DNA of 63,371 nt, filler included, from Octopus bimaculoides (GCF_001194135.2; 10 parts of 8 records of this genome joined end to end with filler, not necessarily neighbours in it), one strand, 5' to 3'; shown: positions 23,514 to 36,282, counted from the first letter of the whole stretch. Numbers and translations are program-made. Notes: generated from the letters alone by a model not told the origin.

Positions 23514-23566
<53 letters not shown>

Positions 23567-23860
23567 TATCATTATCATCATCATCGTTTAATGTCTGTTT
23601 TCCATGCTGGTATGGGTTGGATGGTTTGACTGGGGACTGGCAAGCCAGAAGACTATGCCAGGCTCCAATCTGATCTAGCAAGATTTCTACAGCTGGATCC
23701 CCTTCCTAACGCCAACCACTCCAAGAGTGTAGTGGATACTTTTTACATGCCATCAGCATGCGAACCAGTCAGGTGGCACCAGCATTGACCATGTTCGGAT
23801 GGTGCTTTTTCGTGCCACTGGCATGGGGAGCCAGTCAAGTGGCACTCATCGACCCATGCT
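23281..23860 (-). mobile_element. Two family D repeats separated by (TACA)/(TA)n
   Basis: Reverse-complement family D blocks at 23281-23440 and 23570-23860. Confidence 0.8.
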
Positions 23861-24313
23861 TGAATGGTTTATCACCAACACTACACACTCACACAGACAC
23901 GCATACATTCATACACACATGGGCATAAACAACACACGCATATACAATAGCAAACGCACGCACACGCACGTACACAGCAACGCACATACACACAACATAC
24001 ACATACACACAAACACACACGCACGCACAGAAAACATACACATACACAGACGCGCACATACAAAATACACACACACACGCACACGTACCTAACACCGACA
24101 ACCCCACACAAACACGAACACACACACACCCAAATAACCACCTGTTGACCTTCTACCTACACTGTCTACAGCGTCCACTAACCAGTCCTGCTACTAATTT
24201 CTTCCACTACGTCNNNNNNNNNNNNNNNNNNNNNNNNNNNNNNNNNNNNNNNNNNNNTTAATTAATTAANNNNNNNNNNNNNNNNNNNNNNNNNNNNNNN
24301 NNNNNNNNNNNNN

Positions 24314-24347
<34 letters not shown>

Positions 24348-25526
24348 CATATATTTAATGCTTAAAGTTTCGTGGGCGCATAAGTTACGTTCACCACATC
24401 GGAGAGAGGAACTTAAATTTAAGTAACGTGGAGCTGAATGAAGTTATTATTACACGCACACACACACCACCACCACCATTATCACCACTACACGTGTGTA
24501 ACGTTATGCGATATACTAAGTGAGTATATTGATATTTTCTGCGAGTAGAATTTTTGAAGAAATATTGATTTGGGGATTAGGTATAATCGATTTTATTGAT
24601 CCTAGTACCTGACTGGCAATTATTGTATTGTTCCCCAAATGAGGGAAAGCGAATTTGATCTTGATGGGATACGAAATCAGTTCATAATGAATTGCAACAA
24701 AATACCCTCCAGAAATTTGTTCGTTGCTGTATGCAATATCTAACTTTCTCTGCACGAATACCGCAGTTAATTTGCTTTTTCGAGATGTATCTGCATTAAG
24801 TATGATACACAAATGGCTATTTTTTTTTAACAATACTGCTTCTATTGTATATTATGAACTTCTAGTCACCCGGGCGACTAATCGTAACATCAGTGAATTT
24901 TCAATCCCAGTTTTCCACAATATGAGGCTGACATAAATGTATACTACTGACAAAGCTCAGAAAGGCAGATATATGCATCAAGCATTCCAACCACTGCTGC
25001 CCGACGATTTTTGTCTGCTACCGAAATAGTTTTGCGCTTTTAAACGAAACACGCCCATAAAGAATATTATCCCCGACGAATACCGTAATAAATCTATCTT
25101 TCCGCGATCTAAATTAAGCATGATGGCTATTTTAATCTATGTATTTTCTATCTCAATAAGTATTTTAAAAGAACTGCCACTCCACTGTTTCATGAGCTCT
25201 GTGGTAATGGAGGTAAGCTACCGATATTACATCTTCATCTTGTTTATGACCTAAATTCCTTTACAAAAGGCATGAAATTCTTGTTTTCACTCTGATCAAA
25301 GGCGTGCTAGTCATGACCGTCTCACCTTTTTGTATAACCAGAACTGCATCGTCCAACATCTTCTTCCTTCTCTTTGAAGACGGTGGTATGAGATTTGAGG
25401 AAGCTTTGACTTTTATTTTTAGCTAGTAGAGCATACATACCAATGAGCAAAGGTGTGCCAGCGGCGACCGGCTAGTCTTTTAGTATAACCAAGGCAACAT
25501 TACTAATCTGTCTTTCCTTCTTTCAG

Positions 25527-25669
25527 GACAACAGTAAGAGATTTGAAGGAGAGTTGGCTTTTGCATTTTGCAAGTCGTGTGTATATTACGAGCATCTACG
25601 TTGGCTTGAAGAAGTACCAGTAATGTAACTTGGGTTCCTTCAATCATTTTCTGAATCCTTCCCAATAAA
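25527..25669 (+). CDS. Candidate terminal exon of the kinase-like gene (coding 25527-25623, AATAAA 25664-25669)
   Basis: Branch-like TACTAAT (25501), a strong pyrimidine tract and CAG acceptor. The phase-2 frame reads (R)TTVRDLKESWLLHFASRVYITSIYVGLKKYQ*, followed by AATAAA and a GT-rich downstream element. Confidence 0.55.
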
Positions 25670-25749
25670 TGTTGTGTCCTTATGGCATAGTTGGGAATTC
25701 TTCATAATTCGTTTTATTTCGTTTGGTCGTCAGAATTTAAGTTTTGACA

Positions 25750-26130
25750 TCTTTTATTGTTTGCTTGTTTTAATCATTGGACTGCAACCATTCTGTGACG
25801 CCGCCTTGAGGGGTTTAGTCGAACAAATTGACCACAGTACTTATTTTTTGAAGTTTAGTCCTTATTCTGTGAGTCTCTTTTGTCGAACCGATAAGTTACG
25901 GAGACCTAACCAAACTAACACCGGTTGTGAAGCGGTGGCAGGCACTTCCACCCGTCCCACATACATAGATGATGGCTTCCAAATAGTTTCTGTTTACGAA
26001 ATTCACTCAAGGCATTAGTTGTCACAAGGCTTTAGCAGAAGATGCTTGCCCTAGGTGCTGTGCAGTGGGGCCAAACCTGAAACCAAGTGGTTGCAAAGTG
26101 GGCTTCTTAACCATACAGCTATGCCTATCA
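25750..26130 (-). mobile_element. Family B SINE, degenerate
   Basis: Family B tail and head blocks on the minus strand. Confidence 0.75.
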
Positions 26131-26514
26131 TTTATAGTTTGCAAATTGAACTGAGTACTTCCTTATAGAATTAAAGCCATTATACATACATATACTGGCT
26201 GTAATCAATGCGGTAATTGTATTTCGAAAAAGAAAGAAAGAATGAAAGACAAAAAAATTAACAAAAAGAAACTAGAAAGAAAAGAAAGAAAACACTTTCT
26301 CGCTATATCTAGAAAGTTCTTGCAGTATCTGGAACATGTCCAAATAGCATAAAATAATGTGAAATGAGTTCGTGTTTCGCCTATTAGTTGACATCTTGGT
26401 ACATTCAAAACTTGTTCTCTTCTTTCTTCATTCTAAGAACTTTTTGTCTTTTTTTCGTTCTTTTACTCTCTCTTTCTCTCTCGTTCTCTTCTCTCTCGCT
26501 CTTTCTCTTTCTTT

Positions 26515-26547
<33 letters not shown>

Positions 26548-26699
26548 TTCTCTGAGAGAATTCTCAAAACCGAATTATTGATGCCTAAATTAACTCTTTC
26601 AGCAATAATTAACCATTATTTACCGAATAACCAAAATCACTCATTCAAAAGAAACAACAACAGTTGGAAGAAGAGGAAAAAAAAGAGGAAAAAGAATAA

Positions 26700-26960
26700 G
26701 AAAAGAGACTAACTCCTGCCCCTCCCCAGAACAACAATAATAACAACTTCAATCACAAGACTAATAGCACTAAAAAGAAAAAGAACATCTACAACAACTA
26801 GAACAAGAACAAGTAAGAAAGAAGAAGTGCAACAGCAACAACAACACCACCAGCAGCAGCAGCAACAACAATCACAACAAAACAAAGAGGGAGGGGGTGA
26901 GAAGAAGAAGAAGAAGTAGAAAAAGAAGAGCAACAACAACAACTAGAACAACAACAACGA
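26700..26960. repeat. Low-complexity CAA/CAG/GAA trinucleotide region
   Basis: Direct reading of the sequence. Confidence 0.85.
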
Positions 26961-27632
26961 ATGCCATAATATAGCGGAAAGAAGGTGGCGTTCAGTTGTT
27001 AGAAAATCTTGTCAGGAGCATGAGAATCGAGTTGTGACTTCTAAAGAAATAAAAATCGATTTCAAACAAGATTTTGACCTTAATATCGATGATTCCACAA
27101 TAAGATGTCGATTTATTTTGAAGGGTTTTATTTTTTATTCTTTTCTTCTTCTTCTTAAGAAAGGGAAGTAAAAGATATCTTGTAACCGTCACTAGAAAAA
27201 AAATGAAGAAAGAAATCCATTATTGAAAAACTGAAAAAAAAAAGTGAAATGAAATAAAATCCCTTCAAATTCCTTGAATGGGTAAACAAGTTCAAAGACT
27301 TTATTGTGGTTTGGTAAGGGAATTTCTTATTTATCGACAAAAGGAACATACACACACCGAAAATCTTACACACTCACAAAAAGAATTAGAAGAATGCGCA
27401 TGCGTGCATGTGTGCATGCGCACGCGCACACCCAAATTTATTGAAATGCTGACTCTCTTTCACTCTTTCTCTCTGTATATATATATATGTCTGTATACAC
27501 CAACCCCATACACGCACACATACATATACACATACGTATATACAAATATATACGCACAGACAAAAATAGTCCCTATATACCTATCTATCTGTCCGTCTAT
27601 ATATTTACATACCTACTTTCATCCCCGCACTT

Positions 27633-27685
<53 letters not shown>

Positions 27686-27924
27686 CATACAAACACATAT
27701 AAATGTCGATATAAACATATGTCCTTGCATATTCCGAAACATGTTGCTGCTTTAGAGGGACAGTAATCTACGATTAAACTTACAACAGTGATATGTATGA
27801 AACATTTCCTTTCTGTTCTACAATATTCTTATTTGCTCTTTCACTCATTCAGTTGTATGCTTTTAATTTTATATTATTACGAACATCATGGGATGAAGCA
27901 AAGAGGCAAGTGACACTATAAGAG

Positions 27925-27976
27925 AAAACTCGACGTTTCGACTAGTTTGGCGGCCATTTTCGCGAGTAAGGTAAGT
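27925..27976 (+). promoter_or_regulatory. Candidate promoter / non-coding first exon with 5' splice donor
   Basis: Six CpGs in about 35 bp in an AT-rich context, a YY1-like GGCGGCCATTTT, a TCGCGA palindrome, and a consensus donor AAG|GTAAGT at 27970/27971. Confidence 0.4.
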
Positions 27977-28489
27977 CAGAGCTTCGTATTCTTATGACCG
28001 TTCTTTCACAATGTTTATGAATACAAAATAAGTTATAACGCGAGTGAAGGATATAATTTTATTCAGCTCGCTGTGCACTATGTTTGATAAGCTTAGAGAA
28101 GAGGAGAAAAAGGTGCTTACATTGCTTATCCACTTAGGTTGTACTTGACGTAAGATTACAACAAACAAAATAAAGTGAATTGATTGATGGGTTTTATGGT
28201 GTGTGTCTGTGTGTGGTGAGGAGTTACCTTGGTTTGGAGGAAGTGCCACAGGCTAAAGTAGATGGAATAAATAAACGACTGTAAAGGTTGGGAAATTATT
28301 TGTGAATGTCCAAGAACGACAGAGTCGTTTTTGAATTTGAATCCACTTGATGGATATACATGCACGCACGCACCCATACACAAACTCAGACACACACATA
28401 TACACACGCACGCACGCACGCACACACGCACAAACGGACGCGTACAATCATACACACTCTTGCAAGCAAGAATACATAGACACATGCTC

Positions 28490-28637
28490 AAGCGTGGCTA
28501 TGTGCTTAAGAAACTAGCTTTGCAACAACGTGATTTCAAGTTCAGTCCCATAGCACGACATCTTGGAGCACGTGTCTTCTGCTATAGCTCTAGATCGTCC
28601 AATACTTTGTGAGTGGATTTGGCAAGTGTAGAAGCTC

Positions 28638-28671
<34 letters not shown>

Positions 28672-28730
28672 CTTCAAGATGATGCCCCAGCATGGCCGCA
28701 GCCCAATGACTGAAATAAGTTAAAGATATA
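28490..28730 (+). mobile_element. Family B SINE, degenerate and internally deleted
   Basis: Head block, (AT)n, and tail ..CCCCAGCATGGCCGCAGCCCAATGACTGAAATAAG. Confidence 0.7.
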
Positions 28731-28769
28731 TGACAAAAGATGAATGTGTGTGTCCACGTGCCAACGCGT

Positions 28770-28817
<48 letters not shown>

Positions 28818-29298
28818 TTTTTCAAACATGCAAATACGCACATATGCACATACCTATACTCACATACGCATATACATAAACACACAGACAAGTATGCGCA
28901 TACTCACTTGATAGACGCATGCGTCTTCACTCACTTACACACATTCATATGTAAATACATGCCAACGCAGGCACGTATATGAAAGCTCGTGAACATACGC
29001 ACACGCACACATACACACAAAAGCACTCACACGTACATACACACTCATATATACACATGCACACATACTGCCACACGCACACGCATTGGTTGATACGCAT
29101 GCGCAGACATTCTCACACACGCCAAGTCAGCTTCGGGTGGATATACTGATACACAGTGGATGGATGCAGGCAGACATAAATACAGACGAACACACATCTA
29201 CATACGTATATGCACATACTCACCTACCGTTGGTAGGCCTCTGTCGGTCAACATTACCCATGCATATACTCTACACATATTGATGTGTGAACATTTTA

Positions 29299-30590
29299 TC
29301 AGGTCATCTCATAAATAATTTCCGAAATATCATGTATGTAATGTCTATCAAATTTTACAGTATTCTGAAATGTCAAATAGTATTGATTGATAATCATATG
29401 AATTTGGAAACCTTTAACTTAATATAATTTCTTTTTACAGAATGATATGACTGAATTAATTACTAATATTAACCCCTCAACGATGAACATGTCGAAGAAG
29501 CATTTAAGCCACATAATGCTTTATGAGTTCAAAAAAGGAAACAGTGCTGCAGAAGCAACCCGAAATATCCATTCAGTTTGTGGGGAGAATGTTTGAAGGA
29601 AAGAAGTTGCGGAAGATGGTTTGAAAAGTTTTTAAAATGGTGATTTCAGCCTAAGGGAGAGGCCATAAATAGAACGTCCTATAGAAATTTGATGATGAGC
29701 TTCTTTTGTCAGAGCTTGAGAAGAATATTGCTGTGTCAGCTGAAGAATTGGCAAGCAAGCTCAGTTCAAGCTATTCAACTGTTCACCTCAATCTTCAACA
29801 GCTTGGAAAGGTGCCTAAACTCGGAAAATGTATTCCCCATACTCTGACAGAAGCTAACCGAAAATAATAAGCGGACATCTGCTCATCTCTTCACTCTCGG
29901 GAACGTATCTCACTATCTTTGGACAGATTAGTAACTGGTGATGAATCATGGATATTTTACGAAAATGTTAAGCTACGCAGGAAATGGCTTAGCTGTTGAG
30001 AAAAAAAGGCTAAACCATAACCAAAAAAAGACATCCATGCAAAAAAGGTTCTTCTTTCTGTTTGGTGGAATTGCATTGGAGTGATCCACTTTGAGTTGCT
30101 ACCAACTAATGCAACAATTACTGCTCACACCTATTACCAACGATTAGAGTGTTTGGATGCTGCTTTGAAGAAAAAAAGGCCTGCTTTAGCGAATCATAAG
30201 GAAGTGGTGCTTCATCATAATAGTGCGAGGCCTCACATTGCAGAAATTACATCAGAAAAAATCGAAGAACATGAGTGGGAAAAAATCCCTCATCCGCTTT
30301 ATTCCCCAGACCTCGCTCTTTCTGATTACCATTTGCTTCGAAGCTCACAGAATCATTTAGAAGGTTTAGTATTTAATAACCTCAAAGAGGTCGAAACTGA
30401 CTTCACTTCCGTCTTTTCATTAAGATCAAAAGTGTTTTTCACCAATGGAATCAACAAACTGATGTGTAGATGGAAGGAAGCCATCTATAATGAAGGGAAT
30501 TATATACAGGATTAAATTTTAATAATATATAAAATTAGATCACATTTTTTCCTTACCCAAAATTCACACATTACTTATGGGATGACCTGA
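29299..30590 (+). mobile_element. Full-length mariner relic (1292 bp), transposase pseudogene 29483-30515
   Basis: TA TSDs (29297-98, 30591-92) and TIRs TCAGGTCATCTCATAAATAAT / ATTACTTATGGGATGACCTGA. The translation shows MLYEFKKGNSAAEATRNI, VTGDESW, LHHNSARPH and YSPDLALSDYHLL, with stops and frameshifts. Confidence 0.95.
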
Positions 30591-30808
30591 TAAATACACA
30601 CACCATATCGATCTATAATCGAAGAAGTAATCAATATATTGGAGTAGAGTATAATGTTTATTTTCATCAGAGGATGTATTAATAGTGACCTCGAAAGTGA
30701 TTAGGTTGATAGATTTATAGACAACTAGATAAAGCGATTGACATAGCAAAAATGGAGTGGCATGGTGACAATAAATTACAATAATTATATATATATATAT
30801 GTGTGTGT

Positions 30809-30916
<108 letters not shown>

Positions 30917-31545
30917 GTATATATATATGTCATTTGGAGTCAACAAGGATACCTATTTTTTAATCACTACAAAAAAATCAAATGCTAATCCTTTTAAAAC
31001 GGCAACCACGTCAACAGTAGCAGAATCATCATTCCACTACATCTACACATTCAAAGCAGTTTGCGAAAGGTCCTTCAACAACAACACATTGTGATAAACT
31101 CAGTGACTACTAGTAAAGTTCAAACCATGACAAAGAGGATTTTCTTGAAGCAGAGAATGTGAACTTAGGGAGACAGTATTTACACATCGCCTGAGGAAAC
31201 ACAACTAGATCTCATAATGCAGGGAATCAGTTGCATAATCAAGTACCTGCACACCTGAAGAACCACGCTGTGTGGAAAGAATTGTAGCGATTAAAAAATA
31301 AATGTCCAACCTTTCTCCTTGTTGACTCCAGATTTTTCCAATTATCTATTCACACATGACACATGCCCAAATGTAAACCTGGAAGTATGAATGATACCAC
31401 TATTGGATAGCACAGTGAAATCTGAAGGTGGACGAGCTTTATACTGTACTCTACTACGTTCTTTACAGAATATACCATAACTATATAAAAAAATTTTAAG
31501 TGGTAATAGCGTCTTTTGGCGTCTACTTTTTTAGCGTCTATTTTC

Positions 31546-31880
31546 CTAGCATGTAGCCATTTGTTTTCTGCATTTGGAACGATAATAGATTCGGTGCCAA
31601 AATGAAAAGAAGTACAAAAGACTATCTCCCTGGAATATTCCCTTTGAAATGCCTATAATATCTGAAACAATTATTCTGTTCCCAGTTGGAAGGGTGAGAA
31701 TTGTTGTCCACGTCTTTGTGAGTCTCTCTACAGCAGTAATTAGGGTGGTAAGTACTTTTGCCAGATGTAGGTGCTTCAACAGCCATGAATGAGGGATTAG
31801 AGTCGAATGCCTTCATATAGTCAAGCCATACTGTCACAAGGTTTCTACGCTGTTTTCTTACTTCAGACACTATAGCTATG
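31546..31880 (-). mobile_element. R4/Dong-clade reverse transcriptase fragment
   Basis: EVRKQRRNLVTVWLDYMKAFDS, then after a frameshift HLAKV..TAVERLTKTWTT..IIGISKGIFQGDSL. The 5' junction abuts (CATA)n. Confidence 0.85.
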
Positions 31881-31920
31881 TATGTATGTATGTATGTATG
31901 TATGAATATATATATATAGT

Positions 31921-32110
31921 ATGGGGAGAAGTCACAAAAAAATCAGAAGACGAAGACAGGTGGTGTAGCCAACAAACAGATGTATTAGTTTAACGCTCGA
32001 GAAGTGAAAAAGTCTTCAACGTTTCGAGCCTACGCTCTTCCACAGAAAGGAACACAGAAAGAAACAAGGAGAGAAAATAAAGAATGTGTAGTGGCTAGCG
32101 ATCTATCATG
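31921..32110 (-). mobile_element. Short non-autonomous element carrying a minimal hammerhead-like motif (32011-32050)
   Basis: Minus strand CTTT-CTGTGGA-A-GAGC GTAG GCTC-GAAA-CGTT-GAAG, followed by GAGCGT..AATAC. The element lies between microsatellites. Confidence 0.6.
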
Positions 32111-33289
32111 TATGTATGTATAAATACATATGCATATATGTATATATATTATATATAAACGTTATATATAAAGTTAGATGTATGCAATAAATCACAACAC
32201 ACGCACACATACACACACACACATACACACACACACAGAGTTATTTTTGCAATGTTTGCATTTATACTACGTAGGTTACATATAATATTTCACACCTTGA
32301 CACTGTGGACTGAGATTTCCGTTAACAAACCGCTGATATTAAATAAAGTGTTAAACACTTATGGTGTGCAAATTAATAGCTAATGGATTTGATGAGTATA
32401 GAAACAGATTGGCTGCTTATATCCCCGGTATTGGTGAAAACGATATAGACACCTCTGACAAGATCCCAAAATCGAATAAGGTTGTTAATTTTTTCCAGTC
32501 TATAGAGAAATGGTTAAACTTTAACCGTTTCTGTTTATACTGCGTAGGCCACACACACACACACACACACAAACGTACACCACTTACCTTCGTCAGCAAA
32601 TGGTAAGAGCAAGAATTATAAGAGCGTTACTAGTTTTTATATACGATGGCGTTGCCAGAACTGTTTTGAAATTCTAGAATTTCCGAGACAAATAGAAAAT
32701 TCGAGTAAACTACAATACTTGTTCTATTATGTACAAAATATACACTTGAAAGAGCTCTACCTTCAGAATCAAGCATTAATAATTAAATTCAGAAGTTAGC
32801 TATAATGATATTAGCAATATTTTGTAGATATAATGAGTATATATTTCTTTTGTGCAGCTTAGTGAAATAGAAAAAATTAAATTTTCAAAGTGATGATAAA
32901 CAAATATATAAAAATAACTTTATAGCATTATAGCTTTCTTCTGAATTTAATTATTAATGGCTGATTCTGAGAGTAGAGCACTTTGAGATGTAGATTATCT
33001 ATGTAGTGAGATAGTATTTGAATATTTTAGAATTTTTCATCTGCTTTCAATAGATTCCGCCAGTTTTTTAAAAAAGAGTAGTGGTTACACTTGCGTGTGT
33101 AAAACGAAATTTTGTCTTGGAAAAAGTGACAGGTTTGTTGTATCTCGGGATGGTCATTAAATTATGCCAATGTTAAACACATGCACTGGTCCTATTTCAC
33201 TTCTTTGTTATTTCTTTAATTAGTTGACCAACTAAATGTAACCATCTAAATAATGAATTGATTGGTCATTCGGTTAATCAATTAAGCAG

Positions 33290-34432
33290 AACAAGTCGAT
33301 TACATCAACCTTAGTGCTCAATTGGCATTTATTTTAAAGACCCCGAAAGGCTGAAAGGCAAAGCCAACTGCGGCGGAATTTGAACTCAGAATGCAAAGAC
33401 GGATGAAATGCCGCTAAGCATTTCCTCTGGCTTGCTAACGATTCTTATTTCTTTATTGCCCACAAGGGACTAAACATAGAGGAGACAAACAAGGACAGAC
33501 AAAGGGATTAAGTCGGTTACATCGACCCCAGTGCGTAACTGGTACTTAATTTATCGACCCCGAAACGATGAAAGGCAAAGTCGACCTCGGCGGAATTTGA
33601 ACTCAGAACGTAACGGCAGACGAAATACCGCTAAGCATTTCACCCGGCGCGCTAACGATTCTGCCAGCTTGCTGCCTTCAGGTACAACTAGTATTGGTTT
33701 CAAATTTTGGCACAAAGGCAGCAACTTCGGGGAAGGGGAAAGTCGATTACATCGACTCCAGTACTCATCTGGTATTTATCTTAATCGATCTTGAAAGAAT
33801 GAAAAGTATAGTCGACCTCAGCGGAATTTGAACTCAAAACGTGAAGATGGACGAAATGCAGCTAAGCATTTCGCTCGGCGTGCTAACAATTCTGTCAGTT
33901 CATTGCATTTAGGTACAACTAATAATAAAATGATAACTGAATGGGCTACCGAGATGAGCCAAAAGTGGAGATGTATAAAATACAAATGCTATCCCCCCCC
34001 CCCAAAATAAATAACAAACAAACAAAAAAAAAACGGTAAACTGTCATCATCGTCTTAGTTATTTGTGGGATTGCTACCGGGAAGAAGTCCTTTTTAGTTA
34101 CAACTAATGCAAAAACGAAAACTGGGTGCACTAGCAAAATGAGCAAAAAGTGGAGTGCAAATGCTATCACAAGATTTCTTTAGTAAGAGTTAAAATTAGT
34201 CCAAGAAAAATTAAGCTATCATCAGCTTTGTTATTACCGTGATACCACTTTGAGGGAAATATAGGTTTCAAATTTTGGCATAAGAACAATAATTTCGACT
34301 GACACTTATTATATTGATCCCCGAAGTGTGAAAGGCAAATTCGACTTCGGTGGAACTCAGAACGTAAAGACGGGCGAAATGCCACTAACCATTTTGTTCT
34401 GGATCCTAACAATTCTACCAGCTCGCCGCCCC
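33290..34432 (-). mobile_element. Cluster of four same-orientation family M SINE copies
   Basis: Copies at about 33290-33444, 33445-33678, 33695-33905 and 34255-34432, each with GAAAGGCAAA..GAACTCA.AA motifs. Confidence 0.85.
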
Positions 34433-35109
34433 AGTTACAACAAATATTAAAACGAATTAGGTAACACGTCTGCGGTTTTTTAACTCAATTTTTTCTGGCG
34501 AGTCAAGATTTTCTTTGTTATCCAACAATGGAGGTGTTTGAGTTGGAATGGACCATTCAAGGGTTTGATAACCAAGCTACAATCAAAAGTCAAATGTGTT
34601 GCGGGCGTTTGTTATGGTTAGCAGTTATGGTTATGTTTCGGTTTTATTATAAACCAGCTTAAAAGCCGTCCTATTGGCCAGCTTTTAAGTTAGCTCCTGT
34701 GGAGGGCTCTTCATTCGGCTTTGGGCCCAACAATAACATTTTATGCATTGAATACATATTACATTTTATTAAGCTTGAACAATATCTTTCAAGCAATGAA
34801 TAATTTTCATCAAAACAACGATAATATGTCGACTTGGAACTTATTGCAAAGCTACATGATAAACAACTTTTTTTGTCTTCCCATTCGGGGGTCAGTACAA
34901 TTTAGTTTTTTCTGTCTAAGCTTTTTCTTCTTCTCTCTTTTTCTGTTGAATTGTTTTCAACCATCACCATCACCAGTACCACCACCATCACCACCACAAC
35001 TGCCATAAACACATCATTCGGACTTCTGACACCACCACGATCAATACCTTTGACTTCGACGCCTTCCCCTCCACAACCATCACCACTGTCTTTCACACCG
35101 TCATCCCTG

Positions 35110-35253
35110 ACCACCACCACCAACATTTGTTCGACTAAATCATTAAAGGCAGTGCCCCGGTACTTATTTTATCGATTTCTTTTGTCGAACCGTGGGGTTA
35201 CGGGAATGTAGACAAGCCAACACCAATTGTCAAGCAATGGTTAGAAACACACA

Positions 35254-35288
<35 letters not shown>

Positions 35289-35675
35289 CACACACACACA
35301 CGCCACATACACACTCACACGCACGCACGCATACATATATACGCACACATTTATTATTCTTTAACAAGACTAGTTTTCACAGTAACTTCACAGTTTCGGC
35401 CTAATAAGCCATCATCAAACTGTCTGATACTGGCAAAATTTCGAAGTTACTGCCAAAACAATTCTCGTTAAAGAATGGCAAATTTGTACACTACAAAAAG
35501 TATCGAGTAATGCTTCAGCTTAATGTAAAATTGTTTTTATTATATTGGATGGGCTTCCTTAGTTTCCTTATTGGTGGGCCTGGAACTATTATGGAAGACA
35601 CTTGCCTAAGGTGCCACCGCGCAGTGGGATCAACCCGAAACCACACGATTGCAAAGCGAGTTTCTTAACCGCACA
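35110..35675. mobile_element. Family B SINE fragments (tail on + at 35125-35245; head on - at 35545-35675)
   Basis: Homology to family B. Confidence 0.65.
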
Positions 35676-36206
35676 GATTAATGTACTTTGTAAATGGTCA
35701 AACTGCAACAAAACAGATCTATGCTTACACAAGATGGAACTTTATGTCTCAATATAAATGAATGAATGAATGAATGAATAAATAAGTAAAATGGAAGGCG
35801 CAAAATGGTATCAAAGGATCTCTTTGACCGAATCAGTCCTCTGGCATCACGTCTATAGTTTGACTCCATAGAACATAAAAACATGTATAGCTAATGCAAG
35901 ACAACATTTTATGTAACAAGTAAAAGGGGGGAAAATCGGTCGGAATTGGCGAATAATTTTTGTCAAACATTGATCAGAAATATCTGGAGCTTTAATTTCA
36001 GAATTCAATAATTCTCTGCCTAAACGAATTTACTGATCATAAGGCAGCTAAAATAATATCATCAAAGAAATAATTGTTCGAAATTTCTTTCCTTCTTTCC
36101 TGTTAAAATTGTTACAGTAAATGATGGAGACTATTGACGTTTTACATATCCCTGTACATACACACATACATACATACATACATGTAATATATGTAAGGTA
36201 TATATC

Positions 36207-36241
<35 letters not shown>

Positions 36242-36282
36242 ATGTACACACACACACGTACACGCACACACACACACATATA

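Noticed and set aside
34656-34691. 11-bp hairpin enclosing an ATTGG (CCAAT) motif
   Set aside because: It is an isolated AT-rich stem of a length expected by chance.
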